The notes: generated from the letters alone by a model not told the origin. Numbered from the stretch's first letter, positions 37,163 to 47,703 are shown. The stretch is 64,000 bases of DNA from Chlamydiota bacterium (GCA_016866495.1 VGMG01000006.1:28513-92512); one strand, 5' to 3'. Numbers and translations are program-made.

Positions 37163-39835
37163 ATGAGTCAAGAGAGTAAAAAAGGGTTTGGAGGCGGTTT
37201 TTTCCTTTTGATCCTAGGTGCCATTTTTATGATGCTTACCCTCCAAAATCTTTCTGAAAAGAAGACCTCCTCGGTAGCCTTCAATTATCAAGTTGAGCAT
37301 CTGATCAATTTGGGTTTGATTGACCCTAATTATAGCTTCAAAATTCCTGAGAGTGATCACATGGTCACATTTAGAGGAAAATTCCATGATACCCTCGATA
37401 CGAATTCTAAAGATCGCTACGCCTATCTTAAGCTTTTAAAATCTGAAATAGACCAGTATCAAAGCTATCTCCATGCTTCAAATGAGCTAGATAAGACAGC
37501 TCAAGAAATTCGTGAAGTTGCAAATGTTTTTTTGGAAATTTCTGGAGTCCCTTTATCAGATAAGGGCTATACCGTTGTGGGCAGATCTTATGATTTGAAA
37601 GAAAACGAATCTCCTCACAAGTTTCAAAGAGCGAATGGAATCGTAATCCGTACTCCTCCTAAGCTACAATTTAAGACCTTTCAGCAGATAGAGACCTCTT
37701 TTTTAGCTGGCGGCAACGAGGAAAAGCTTCGAAGCGATTTAGATCAGATTATAGATACGCTGTTGTCCTCTAAAATTTCTATTTATCATAAGGGAATTCG
37801 CTCCAGTCTTAAAGGGGCAAAATCTCTGAATCTTGCTGATGCATTGGTGGCTGTCAAATCGACAATCGACGACCTCAATAAAGAGGAACAGGATCTTCGC
37901 CTTTTACCTACCCGTTCAGTAAGAAATTATAAGCACTATCTTGCTGAGTGGAGGCTGAATGTCCAAAACTTAGCCGAGACACAAGAAAAACTTGATACTG
38001 TCCGCTCTAAAGTAAAAGACATTACCTGGTATTACAATGATGCCGCCATGTCCTCTTTTAAATTGGAAGAGACTGCTCGCTCTAATCCTGATCAATATGC
38101 CCGCTGGTTTAACCAGGCCCGATCAGAGTGGGATGCTTTTGAAATGAATAGAGGAAGCGCCTTTACCGTGTACTCCCAACAAAGAAATATGGTTTTGGAT
38201 ACCACCTTTAAAACCGAGGAGCCGACGCCGGGTTACATCAACTATATTTTCACATTGATGCCTCTTATTTTGATCATCTCTTTGTTATATTTTATTTTTT
38301 CTCGTCAGATTAAAGGAGTTGGTGGGGGTGCTATGAGTTTTGGAAAATCTCCAGCTCGCCTTTTGACCCCTTCTTTAGACCGGGTGACTTTTTCTGACGT
38401 TGCAGGAATCGACGAGGTGCGCGAGGAACTGGTCGAGATTGTAGATTTTCTTAAAGACTCCTCAAAATACGTCAAGCTTGGAGCCAAGATTCCAAAGGGT
38501 GTTCTTCTAGTGGGTCCACCTGGTACTGGCAAAACCTTATTAGCAAAAGCTGTTGCTGGGGAAGCTAACTGCCCTTTCTTCTCAATATCGGGTTCTGATT
38601 TCGTTGAGATGTTTGTTGGTGTAGGAGCAAGCCGTGTTAGGGATCTTTTTGAACAAGCGCGTAAAAATGCACCCTGTATAATTTTTATTGACGAGATCGA
38701 TGCTGTGGGTCGCTCAAGGGGAGTGGGCTACGGTGGGGGCCATGACGAGAGAGAGCAGACGTTAAATCAGTTACTTGTTGAGATGGATGGAATGAATCCT
38801 GCCAGTGGGATCATTTTGATTGCGGCAACAAACCGCCCCGACGTCTTAGACAAGGCTCTTCTAAGACCTGGAAGAATTGATAGGCAGGTTTTTGTAAATC
38901 TTCCCGATTTAAAGGGTCGCACCGAGATTTTGCGTGTCCATGCCTCTAAATATAAATTAGATCTCTCCTGTAATCTCGAGGCGATTGCGAAAATGACAAC
39001 GGGTACGGCCGGTGCGCATTTGGCAAACATGATGAACGAGGCGGCCCTTATTGCTGCGAAGAAAGGGAGAGCTGCTATTTTTCAGGCAGATCTTGAAATG
39101 GCAGTAGATAAAGTGCGTTTTGGAAAAGAGCGTAAATCGATGAAGTTCAGCCAAGACGATATCCGATCTACAGGTTACCATGAATCGGGGCACGCGATTG
39201 TGGCCATGTGCCTAAAAAATGCAGATCCGGTGGAACGAGTGACAGTCATTCCGCGACAGCAGTCTTTAGGGCATACCGCTTTCAGACCACAAAAAGATCG
39301 ATTGAGCTACTGGAAAAGGGAAGCTGTTGACTATATAGCTGTCCTTATGGGCGGCCAGGTTGCAGAGGAGATTTTTGTTGGAGATATCTCGTCAGGTGCT
39401 AGACAAGACATTAAAATGGCAACTAATCTAGCCCGTTCTATGATTTGCGAATGGGGTATGAGTGATATTCTCGGAAAGGTCTATTATGAGGAGTCCAGTA
39501 GCGATCCTTATGTTATGACGCAAAAAAAAGAGTTCTCAGAAGAGACCGCTAAATTGATAGATCAAGAGGTTAAAAAAATTATCGACTCTGGCTATCAAAA
39601 AGCAAAAGAGATCCTTATAACTCATAAGGACAAGGTACAAATCATGACCGATGCTCTTTTGAAATACGAGACAATTGATAATCATGATGCTGTACAAATT
39701 ATGGAAGGGACTTTTAGCTTTGAGCAAAAAGAGGGGCGTCTTAGGAGTGAAGAGGAGGCCCTTCAGGCCGGGCGTGGAGTGGCTCCGATTGAGTTAAAAA
39801 GCTTTAACGGCAACATCAATCCCAGCCAAACTTAA
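37163..39835 (+). CDS. ftsH: ATP-dependent zinc metalloprotease FtsH with enlarged ectodomain
   Basis: Walker [12 protein letters not shown] region, zinc motif HESGHAIV. About 330 aa lie between TM1 (aa ~12-32) and TM2 (aa ~360-382). Confidence 0.95.
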   Translation: MSQESKKGFGGGFFLLILGAIFMMLTLQNLSEKKTSSVAFNYQVEHLINLGLIDPNYSFKIPESDHMVTFRGKFHDTLDTNSKDRYAYLKLLKSEIDQYQSYLHASNELDKTAQEIREVANVFLEISGVPLSDKGYTVVGRSYDLKENESPHKFQRANGIVIRTPPKLQFKTFQQIETSFLAGGNEEKLRSDLDQIIDTLLSSKISIYHKGIRSSLKGAKSLNLADALVAVKSTIDDLNKEEQDLRLLPTRSVRNYKHYLAEWRLNVQNLAETQEKLDTVRSKVKDITWYYNDAAMSSFKLEETARSNPDQYARWFNQARSEWDAFEMNRGSAFTVYSQQRNMVLDTTFKTEEPTPGYINYIFTLMPLILIISLLYFIFSRQIKGVGGGAMSFGKSPARLLTPSLDRVTFSDVAGIDEVREELVEIVDFLKDSSKYVKLGAKIPKGVLLVGPPGTGKTLLAKAVAGEANCPFFSISGSDFVEMFVGVGASRVRDLFEQARKNAPCIIFIDEIDAVGRSRGVGYGGGHDEREQTLNQLLVEMDGMNPASGIILIAATNRPDVLDKALLRPGRIDRQVFVNLPDLKGRTEILRVHASKYKLDLSCNLEAIAKMTTGTAGAHLANMMNEAALIAAKKGRAAIFQADLEMAVDKVRFGKERKSMKFSQDDIRSTGYHESGHAIVAMCLKNADPVERVTVIPRQQSLGHTAFRPQKDRLSYWKREAVDYIAVLMGGQVAEEIFVGDISSGARQDIKMATNLARSMICEWGMSDILGKVYYEESSSDPYVMTQKKEFSEETAKLIDQEVKKIIDSGYQKAKEILITHKDKVQIMTDALLKYETIDNHDAVQIMEGTFSFEQKEGRLRSEEEALQAGRGVAPIELKSFNGNINPSQT

Positions 39836-39881
39836 AAAGGGATGGGCTTCTTTTATGGGCCATCCTTAAAATCATAAGTCC

Positions 39882-39914
39882 AAAAAAAAAGCCCCTTTTT
39901 CAAGGGGCTTTTTT
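39882..39914. terminator. Bidirectional rho-independent terminator (ftsH / pnp convergent pair)
   Basis: A9 run, stem GCCCCTT (39891-97) / AAGGGGC (39902-08) with loop TTTC, then T6 run. Confidence 0.7.
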
Positions 39915-39935
39915 AGTCTTTTGTCTAAAGGAGTG

Positions 39936-42050
39936 TTAGGTGCTCTGGACAGTCTCTTTCTTTTCTTTAGGTAGAAGAACTTTTCTTGAAAGACGGATCT
40001 GACCGCGGTCGTTGATTTCAAGTACTTTTACTTCCACTTGTTGTTTTTCTTTCAGGTAGTCTTCGACGTTGTTTACCCTTTCATGAGCAATTTCTGAAAC
40101 GTGCAAAAGACCCTCTTTTTGGCCGGGCAGAGCTATAAAGGCTCCGAAAGGAACAATCGATACGACTTCACCGGTATAAGTTTTACCTACTTCTACCTCG
40201 GCAACAATATCGGAAACCATTTTATGGGCTTTTTCAACGGCTTCGGCATCGTTACCGCTGATCGTCACCATACCCTCATCAGTCACATCCACTGTCACCC
40301 CTAGTGCTTGGATCAGACGGATCTGTTTTCCACCAGGACCAATCAGAGTCCCAATTTTATTAGGATGAATCTTGATATTTACAAGGCGCGGCGCGAATTT
40401 TGAAAGACCTTTTTGCTTGCTTGGAACAGCTTTTTTCATCTCCTCCAAAATATGCATTCTGCCCTCTTTTGCTCTGGAAAGGGCCTCTTTCATAATTTCT
40501 ATTGTAATGCCTTCTACTTTAATATCCATTTGGAACGAAGTGATACCGGATGCTCCACCCGCGACTTTAAAGTCCATGTCACCCAAATCGTCCTCTGTAC
40601 CTAAAATGTCAGTTAGAACGACATAGCGATTTTTCTCGAGGATCAATCCCATGGCTACTCCTGATACAAGCTCCTTGATAGGGACACCAGCGTCTAGAAG
40701 AGCAAGCGCTCCGCCACAAACAGATGCCTGCGATGAGGAGCCATTAGACTCGAGAATGTTGGACTCTATACGCATCGAGTAGGGGAAGTTCTCTTGTGTT
40801 GGAATGATCTCAAGAATCGCTCTTTCTGCCAACTTTCCATGACCCACTTCGCGACGACCTGGAGTCCCAAGTCTGCCCACTTCACCTACGCTGAACGGAG
40901 GGAAGGAGTACTGCAGATAGCATCTTTCCACAACATCACCATAAAGGGACTCAGTTTTTTGCATCGAGGTGGTAGAACCAAGGGTGGCAATACAAAGTGC
41001 TTGCGTTTCACCACGAGTGAAAAGAGCACTTCCATGTGTTCTGCTAAAAAGACCCAACTTCACAGAAATCGGTCTCACTTGGTCTAGAGAACGGCCGTCA
41101 ATTCTTTTGTTGTGGGTAAGCGCCTCTTTTCGAAGGATATTTGATTTTGCAATTTTGATTGCAGCTTGAAGACGATTAGCAGGAAGACCCATTTTTTCAA
41201 TTTTGGGGGTAAACTCGTCAGTAATTTGAACCTGAACAGCACTAACTGCGTCGCTTCTATCTGCTTTTTTTAATTGAAAAAGGGCCTCTTTGAGCTCAGA
41301 ACCAAAACGGGACTCAATCTCTTGAATAAGAGCATGAGGAGGAGCCATGTTTACGAAATCGGCTTTCTTCTTACCACATTTTTGCACAAGCTGATCAATT
41401 GCATGGGTAATTTTTTTAATCTCATGGTGACCTAAAGAGATCGCCTCAAGAATTTGCTCCTCGGAAAGAAAGTTACAGCCTCCCTCAATCATCAAGATAG
41501 CTTCGTGTGTTCCTGCCAAAACAAGATTTAATTTGGATTTTTCTTGGTTTTGGATTGTGGGGTTAATAATGAACTGGTCGTTTAAGTAGCCGATTCGAAC
41601 TGCTGCAACCGTTTTTCCGCTAGGGACATCAGAAATTTGTAGAGCTGCACTGACTGCATTGATCGCATGGGGCTCTAGCTGGTTTTCTGCGTCAAAGGAG
41701 AGAACTTGCGCTATAAGTTGCACTTCATTCATAAACCCCTCTGGGAACATCGGTCTCAGCGGGCGATCGATAAGGCGGCTGATAATCGTTTCAGTTGAAG
41801 TTGGTCGCCCTTCTCTTTTAATATACCCTTGGAGAGTTTTTCCAACGGAAGAGAATCGCTCTGTGTAATCCACGCGAAGGGGGAAGAAGTCGGCCTCGGG
41901 GTTTGCGTTAGGGGCCATACAGGCAGTTGCAAGAATAGCGGTATCGCCGGTGCGTAACAGAACAGCTCCATTAGCTAACCTTGCTAGTTCTCCAGTTTCA
42001 AATGTGATGTGCGTTTTTCCAACAGTCACTTCGGTTTTATGACTTACCAT
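39936..42050 (-). CDS. pnp: Polyribonucleotide nucleotidyltransferase (PNPase)
   Basis: 704 aa. Two RNase PH domains, a KH domain (IGPGGKQI) and a C-terminal S1 domain (GEVVSIVPFGAFI). Confidence 0.95.
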   Translation of the reverse strand: MVSHKTEVTVGKTHITFETGELARLANGAVLLRTGDTAILATACMAPNANPEADFFPLRVDYTERFSSVGKTLQGYIKREGRPTSTETIISRLIDRPLRPMFPEGFMNEVQLIAQVLSFDAENQLEPHAINAVSAALQISDVPSGKTVAAVRIGYLNDQFIINPTIQNQEKSKLNLVLAGTHEAILMIEGGCNFLSEEQILEAISLGHHEIKKITHAIDQLVQKCGKKKADFVNMAPPHALIQEIESRFGSELKEALFQLKKADRSDAVSAVQVQITDEFTPKIEKMGLPANRLQAAIKIAKSNILRKEALTHNKRIDGRSLDQVRPISVKLGLFSRTHGSALFTRGETQALCIATLGSTTSMQKTESLYGDVVERCYLQYSFPPFSVGEVGRLGTPGRREVGHGKLAERAILEIIPTQENFPYSMRIESNILESNGSSSQASVCGGALALLDAGVPIKELVSGVAMGLILEKNRYVVLTDILGTEDDLGDMDFKVAGGASGITSFQMDIKVEGITIEIMKEALSRAKEGRMHILEEMKKAVPSKQKGLSKFAPRLVNIKIHPNKIGTLIGPGGKQIRLIQALGVTVDVTDEGMVTISGNDAEAVEKAHKMVSDIVAEVEVGKTYTGEVVSIVPFGAFIALPGQKEGLLHVSEIAHERVNNVEDYLKEKQQVEVKVLEINDRGQIRLSRKVLLPKEKKETVQST

Positions 42051-42147
42051 AAGTCGTTCCTAGTTCTAAATTTCGTCGATAGTTTCGATCGCTAATTATG
42101 GCACACTTTTCCTTCTAAAGGCAATAGATCTCTAAAATAAAGGTAGT

Positions 42148-42172
42148 AAAAATAGTTTTAAAAACTATTTTT
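42148..42172. repeat. Perfect 25-bp palindrome (12-bp arms AAAAATAGTTTT / AAAACTATTTTT around one central A)
   Basis: Read directly from the sequence in the sctV-pnp spacer. Function unknown (operator or AT-rich hairpin). Confidence 0.6.
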
Positions 42173-42246
42173 AACGAAATATTGTAAAGAAATTTTTTTA
42201 AATAAAATCTTTAGTGTATGGTGCAAAAATTCTACAAAAGGAAAAA

Positions 42247-44376
42247 TCAGCTAAGTTGAATTCTTCCTAAAGGCTGAATCCGGATTTCGGGGATAATTTC
42301 ATGCGTTGAAAGAACAGCTAAATCAGGAAACTCTCCCTCAATAAGCTTGCGAACAAAGCGACGTATATCCATGGATGTGAGCACTACTGGTTGTTGCCCA
42401 CCTGGTGGGGGGGGAATATAAGCAGAGCGCAAAGCTTGTAAAATGAGTTGTGCTGAATCGGGATCCAAGGTGAGGTAAGTTCCGCCCGATGTTTGTTTGA
42501 TCGCTCCCCTGACAATCTCCTCGATTTCGGGGTCAAGCATATACACTGCAAGAGTAGTCTGACCCTGGGAGTATTTGTAGCTGATGTACCTTTTTAAGGA
42601 AGATCGAACATATTCAGTCAACAAGACAGTATCTTTTTCCATTTGAGACCACTCAGAAAGAGCTTCGAGGATTGTGCGAAGATCTTTAATGGAAATTTGT
42701 TCTTGTATAAGCCTTTTGAAAATTTCGGTAAGTTTTTGCAAGGGGACAAGTCGAGTAACCTCTTTTGCAAGATCGGGGAAGGATTTTTCGATGAATTCCA
42801 AAATTGAGCGCACTTCCTGAATTCCCAAAAATTCGGAGGCATTCTTTTTGTAAAAGTAGGATAAATGCAAAATCATGACGTCGAGAGAATCCCAGTATTT
42901 TATTCCCGCCTTTTTAAGAATTTCTAGATATCGGTCCTCAACCCAGTAGGAGTTTTGATTCAAAATACTTTTGAAAGTGGTGTAGGGGATATTATAGCGC
43001 TTAAGATTTTCGGCCGATTCATTAGTTAAGACTTTACCTTGAACAAGCATCCCTTTTTCCATAGGGACCTCATTTAAGTAGATCATGTACTCATCGTCTT
43101 GAAGGTTGGGCGCATTTGTACGAACATGCACTCCAGGAAAACGGACTCCGAGGTCAGAATAGAGAGCTGCACGCATTTTAGGGACCATGAGCTCGACAAA
43201 TTCGGCCCCTTTACGCTCTTTCATTAGCTGAGATCCAAATTTCCCAACCTCGAGAATAACAGGAAGAGTCAGTGCAAATTGCGTTGTGCCCCCTTTGACT
43301 AAAGCATGATCTTCAGCACCCTCAATTGCCATTGATGAGCCATCTGCGGAACGTACGACGCCAAGAGCTTTTTTCTCATCAAGCATTTTTTTGATTCCGG
43401 TACCACCGATCAACAGTGAGAGAGGGAGGAATACAAACGTGGGAAACACCGGTATTAAGGAGAGTAAAAAAAGAACTCCGGAGCTGATAAATAACGCTTT
43501 GGGGTGGGATAAAATCTGTGAAGAGATATCGCCACCTAAGTTTGCGTCAGCTTTGTCTGAAGAGACACGGGTAGTGATGATACCTGCAGTCAACGAGACC
43601 AAAAGTGAGGGGACCTGGGACACAAGGCCACCACCGATGGACAAGAGGGTATAAATTTTAGCCGCTTGCATGGCAGTCATTCCATGGATAGCAACCCCAA
43701 TGATCAAACCACCGACGATGTTGATCACTGCAATCACGATACCGGCAATAACGTCCCCTTTCACAAACTTCATCGCTCCGTCCATCGCACCATAGAGCTG
43801 GCTCTCTTTGGCTAAAGCAAGACGAAGTTCACGAGCTTGATTGGCATCAATCATACCGCTACGCATATCCGCATCAATACTCATTTGCTTACCGGGCATC
43901 GCGTCCAATGTGAAACGAGCTGCTACTTCAGCGACACGCTCAGCACCTTTAGTGACAACGATGAACTGCACAATAGTGATGATCAAGAAGATAACACCAC
44001 CCACAACGAAGTTACCGCCCACAACAAGGTTACCGAAACCAAAGATGATTTCCCCTGCGTTGGCATAAAGGAGAATCTGACGAGTGGCTGAGATTTCGAT
44101 ACCCAGACGGAACAGGGTCGTAATGAGCAAAATAGAAGGAAATGAGGAGATGTTTGTGGCTCTTGGAATGTACATCGAGACCATCAAAAGCGATAAAGAG
44201 ACGGTGATGTTAATCGCAATAAATACATCCAACCCTTCAGGAGGTATGGGGATGATAATCATCATGAAGATAATCACGACAAATATCGCTAAAACCATGT
44301 CACTAGACTGGTTGATAAAGCGTAAAACAGAGCTGCCTCCCAAAGAGGGAGTAAGTTTTGAGAGAAAGTCTTTCAT
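42247..44376 (-). CDS. sctV: Type III secretion export-gate protein SctV (CdsV/LcrD family)
   Basis: 709 aa. FHIPEP-family N-terminal 8-TM domain and large cytoplasmic C-domain. Partnered with sctU, with ychF upstream, as in chlamydial cdsV-cdsU. Confidence 0.9.
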   Translation of the reverse strand: MKDFLSKLTPSLGGSSVLRFINQSSDMVLAIFVVIIFMMIIIPIPPEGLDVFIAINITVSLSLLMVSMYIPRATNISSFPSILLITTLFRLGIEISATRQILLYANAGEIIFGFGNLVVGGNFVVGGVIFLIITIVQFIVVTKGAERVAEVAARFTLDAMPGKQMSIDADMRSGMIDANQARELRLALAKESQLYGAMDGAMKFVKGDVIAGIVIAVINIVGGLIIGVAIHGMTAMQAAKIYTLLSIGGGLVSQVPSLLVSLTAGIITTRVSSDKADANLGGDISSQILSHPKALFISSGVLFLLSLIPVFPTFVFLPLSLLIGGTGIKKMLDEKKALGVVRSADGSSMAIEGAEDHALVKGGTTQFALTLPVILEVGKFGSQLMKERKGAEFVELMVPKMRAALYSDLGVRFPGVHVRTNAPNLQDDEYMIYLNEVPMEKGMLVQGKVLTNESAENLKRYNIPYTTFKSILNQNSYWVEDRYLEILKKAGIKYWDSLDVMILHLSYFYKKNASEFLGIQEVRSILEFIEKSFPDLAKEVTRLVPLQKLTEIFKRLIQEQISIKDLRTILEALSEWSQMEKDTVLLTEYVRSSLKRYISYKYSQGQTTLAVYMLDPEIEEIVRGAIKQTSGGTYLTLDPDSAQLILQALRSAYIPPPPGGQQPVVLTSMDIRRFVRKLIEGEFPDLAVLSTHEIIPEIRIQPLGRIQLS

Positions 44377-45449
44377 TTAAGGAGTTCGGTAAATTTTTCT
44401 TCTTTTTGTTTTTGCAGGCTGTTCACCCATTTCAAAATATCCGCTACGGCTTGATAGGTATGTTCAGGAATGAAAGTCCCGATCTCCCCTTTTGACCATA
44501 ACTCATGTGCTAATTCGATATTTCGCATGATTGGGATTTCACATTCAACAGCAATTTTTATAATCTCTTCTGCAACAAGGTCAGCACCCATAGTTGCGAT
44601 AACAGGGACATTTTTTTCTACGGCATCATATTCGATTGCTACCGCTATATGAGTTGGATTGGTAATAACAGTTCTAGCTCGCCTTGTGGCGTTGGGTCCC
44701 TCAGAGTAGGCGATTTCACGAGCAATTTGTCGTCGGCGACCTTTAATGTGGGGATCACCTTCCGTATCTTTGTACTCCTGTTTGACCTCATATTTTTCCA
44801 TTCGCATCTCTTTTGCGAAATTATATTTTTGAAAAATTAAGTCAAATAAAGCAATGATTATAAAGAAAATACCCACTCTAAGCACAACTTTTATGAGAAA
44901 ATTTGCAAAAACAATCACAGCGCCCATTGCCGGCATATTGATAGTCGAAACAATTTCAGGAAGACTGTCTCTAATGACGGTGTAGATTAAAATAAAAGCA
45001 CCAGTGATCTTGAAAAGAGACTTGAGAAGCTCGAAAAAGGTTTTAGCTTTGAAAATGTTTTTTAGGTTGGTAATGGGGTTAAGTTTTTTCAGATCTGGCT
45101 TAAAAACTTCAACAGAAAAAACGGGGCCAATAAGTAAAAAATTTATCAAAACACCAGTGCTCACTACAAGCCCAAGAATAGGCAAAGAGATGCTTAAAAT
45201 TGTATCAAGAGCTGATGTTAAAAAGGGGGCGACCCCTTTTTGTAAATCGAGATCACTATTGATGCTTCGAAATGTGAAAATTGTGTAGCTTACAAGCGTT
45301 TCATAGATAGATTTAGCGGAGAAGAGAATTGTTGAGATAGAGACGATAAAAGTAAAAGCAGAAGGGAAATCCTGCGACTTGGCTACCTGACCTTTTTTAC
45401 GTGCATCACGTAACTTTTTTGGTGTTGCCTTTTCACTCTTTTCTGCCAT
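44373..45449 (-). CDS. sctU: Type III secretion substrate-specificity switch protein SctU (CdsU/YscU family)
   Basis: 358 aa. N-terminal EKATPKKLRDARKKGQVAKS, 4 TM segments, NPTH autocleavage motif (VITNPTHIAVAI). ATGA overlap with sctV. Confidence 0.9.
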   Translation of the reverse strand: MAEKSEKATPKKLRDARKKGQVAKSQDFPSAFTFIVSISTILFSAKSIYETLVSYTIFTFRSINSDLDLQKGVAPFLTSALDTILSISLPILGLVVSTGVLINFLLIGPVFSVEVFKPDLKKLNPITNLKNIFKAKTFFELLKSLFKITGAFILIYTVIRDSLPEIVSTINMPAMGAVIVFANFLIKVVLRVGIFFIIIALFDLIFQKYNFAKEMRMEKYEVKQEYKDTEGDPHIKGRRRQIAREIAYSEGPNATRRARTVITNPTHIAVAIEYDAVEKNVPVIATMGADLVAEEIIKIAVECEIPIMRNIELAHELWSKGEIGTFIPEHTYQAVADILKWVNSLQKQKEEKFTELLK

Positions 45450-45544
45450 TTTTTAGATTATAAAAGAAACCATGGATATTTCACCATGGTCAAACTAAAT
45501 AAACGAAGAAATGTTGAATGTTTGGGAGTGTTTTACAAATATTG

Positions 45545-46636
45545 TCAGCCGTGAAAAAATAGAATTACATCCCCGTCTTTTACAACGTAAGTTTTCCCTT
45601 CCGTGCGAGCAAGCCCTTTTTCTTTAGCGATGGTGCGTGTTTTGCAACTTACAAAGTCGTCGTACGCGATCACTTCAGCCCGAATAAATTGTTTTTCAAG
45701 ATCGCTATGGATTTCTCCGGCAGCTTGGGGAGCTAAAGTCCTTTTTCGAATTGTCCAAGCTCTTGCCTCTTTTTCTCCCACGGTAAAGTAGGTGATAAGC
45801 CCTAAAAGTTCAAAACTTTTTCTAATAATTCTATTGAGACCAGATTCGGTTAAGCCACATATTTCGAGAAAGTCTTGGGCCTCATCACCGGAGAGTTGAG
45901 AAAGCTCCTCCTCAAGTTTCGCTGAGATAGTCAAGCAAGCTGCACTCTCAATTTTTGCCACCTCTTCGAGCGCATTTACATAGGGATTATTCGTGCTGAG
46001 GATATCATTTTCGGCTACATTTCCCACATAAAGAACAGGTTTTGAAGTGAGAAAATTGTACTCTTTTACACTTTTGAGCTCTTCAGTATTGAGCTTGAGT
46101 GCTCGAAGGGGAAGGCTCTCCTCCAGATGCCTTTGCATCTTTTTAAGGGTTTCTAGAGTTGCCTCTTTTTCCTTATTCGTCCGCGCAACCTTCTCGATTT
46201 TTGGGATTATGGAGTTGATGGAGTCTAAATCGGACAAGATGAGTTCAAGGTTGATAATTTCTGCATCATCTTTTGGATGTACGCGCCCTTCTACATGGAT
46301 AATATCTTGGCTATCAAAACAGCGCACGCAGTGGAGGATCATGTCACAATCACGAATGTTGTTTAAAAATTTATTTCCAAGGCCTTGCCCCTCTGAAGCC
46401 CCTTTTACCAAACCTGCGATATCGACAAATGTGATGGTTGCATGAATGCGACGTTCGCTTTGCGCTAAAGTCTGGAGAACATGAAGCCGAGCATCAGGTA
46501 ATTCCACAAGCGCCTCGTTGGGCTCAATGGTGCAAAAAGGGTAATTTGCAATCTCTGCCTGGTTTCTTGTGATAGCAGAAAAAAGAGTGGATTTTCCCAC
46601 ATTGGGGAGACCGACGATGCCGACTTTGAGATTCAT
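45545..46636 (-). CDS. ychF: Ribosome-binding ATPase YchF
   Basis: 363 aa. GIVGLPNVGKSTLF P-loop and C-terminal TGS-like domain. Confidence 0.95.
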   Translation of the reverse strand: MNLKVGIVGLPNVGKSTLFSAITRNQAEIANYPFCTIEPNEALVELPDARLHVLQTLAQSERRIHATITFVDIAGLVKGASEGQGLGNKFLNNIRDCDMILHCVRCFDSQDIIHVEGRVHPKDDAEIINLELILSDLDSINSIIPKIEKVARTNKEKEATLETLKKMQRHLEESLPLRALKLNTEELKSVKEYNFLTSKPVLYVGNVAENDILSTNNPYVNALEEVAKIESAACLTISAKLEEELSQLSGDEAQDFLEICGLTESGLNRIIRKSFELLGLITYFTVGEKEARAWTIRKRTLAPQAAGEIHSDLEKQFIRAEVIAYDDFVSCKTRTIAKEKGLARTEGKTYVVKDGDVILFFHG

Positions 46637-46641
46637 GTTGC

Positions 46642-47334
46642 TTACAGCCTTTGTAGATGATCCGTATACGAAAAATTTGGTTCAAGAAGACTAGAAAAAT
46701 CTAGACACTCTTGGATTTGAAAACGCCCGGAGCGGGTTCTTTTGAGCTCTTTGACATGCCCAAAACAACCAAGTGCTTGCCCCAGATCATGGGCGATAGA
46801 GCGGATATAGGTACCCTTTGAGCAGTGAACTGTAAGTTTTAGCTCGGGGTACTGGTAATAGACAAGTTCAGTGTCTAATAAAACCTGTTGTGGTGCTCTT
46901 GCTACCTCAATACCCTGTCTTGCTAGATCATACAATCTTTTCCCGTTCTGTTTTTTTGCCGAAAACATAGGGGGGGTTTGATAGCATGTGCCTTGAAATT
47001 TTTTCAGAGCTCCTTGGATTGTTTCTAGAGAGGGAACGAGTTGAGACGAATCGACGATCTCACCCTCTGTATCGTATGTTGTTGTGGAGCTACCCAAGGT
47101 GATTACGACGTCATACTGCTTGTCATCATTAAGAAAAAGGTCTGATTTTGTCGTATAGGTTTTTCCTACAAGCATGACCATCACGCCAGTTGCTAAAGGA
47201 TCAAGAGTACCCGCATGACCGATTTTTTTTATGCCTGTAAGTTTTCGCAAAAGGTGCACAAGATAAAAGGAACTTTTACGTAAAGGCTTATCAACAAGGA
47301 GGATTCCGTGAGAGGAGTTATTCTGTAGGCTCAT
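46642..47334 (-). CDS. truB: tRNA pseudouridine(55) synthase TruB
   Basis: GILLVDKP...HAGTLDPLATGV catalytic motif. Start moved to ATG 47334 because the tracked 5' extension overlaps rbfA heavily. Confidence 0.9.
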   Translation of the reverse strand: MSLQNNSSHGILLVDKPLRKSSFYLVHLLRKLTGIKKIGHAGTLDPLATGVMVMLVGKTYTTKSDLFLNDDKQYDVVITLGSSTTTYDTEGEIVDSSQLVPSLETIQGALKKFQGTCYQTPPMFSAKKQNGKRLYDLARQGIEVARAPQQVLLDTELVYYQYPELKLTVHCSKGTYIRSIAHDLGQALGCFGHVKELKRTRSGRFQIQECLDFSSLLEPNFSYTDHLQRL

Positions 47335-47701
47335 TAGCAGGGGTGTCCTTGCGCATCTGCTGAATTTTATGAAATACCTGCTCCAGCTTGAACATCTCGT
47401 CGTACTCACTGTCGTAGATAAAACGGAGCTCAGGGAAAAAACGGAGCTTAACCTCTTTTGAGCACTTAACAGCAATGAATCCACTTGCATAGTTCAGCGC
47501 CTCCTTAGTCTTTTCCACTTGCTGTTTAGTAGCATTAGTAATGGTAAAGTAGACTTTGGCAAAGTGGATGTCTGGGGAGACATCCACTTTTGTAATAGTG
47601 AGAAGGGGAGCTATGTGCTCGTTTTTCACCTCAGTTCGAATGATATCGCTTATGACCTCTTTTAATAGAGAGTTTACACGCTCGATTCTTCTGGAAGACA
47701 T
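47318..47701 (-). CDS. rbfA: Ribosome-binding factor A
   Basis: 127 aa. RIERVNSLLKEVISDII and PELRFIYD motifs. Confidence 0.9.
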   Translation of the reverse strand: MSSRRIERVNSLLKEVISDIIRTEVKNEHIAPLLTITKVDVSPDIHFAKVYFTITNATKQQVEKTKEALNYASGFIAVKCSKEVKLRFFPELRFIYDSEYDEMFKLEQVFHKIQQMRKDTPANEPTE

Positions 47702-47703
47702 CT

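Noticed and set aside
42247-45449. Alternative reading of the sctU/sctV pair as flagellar FlhB/FlhA orthologs
   Set aside because: Lengths (358 and 709 aa), the NPTH-containing SctU and the ychF-sctU-sctV arrangement match the chlamydial injectisome genes cdsU/cdsV as I recall them. No other flagellar genes are nearby. Phylogenetic placement was not done, so this is not absolutely excluded.
45457-45486. TATAAT hexamer 8-13 nt upstream of the sctU start codon as a promoter -10 element
   Set aside because: No acceptable -35 at 16-18 nt spacing (best TGGTGA). It would also imply an almost leaderless mRNA. More likely a chance AT-rich hexamer.
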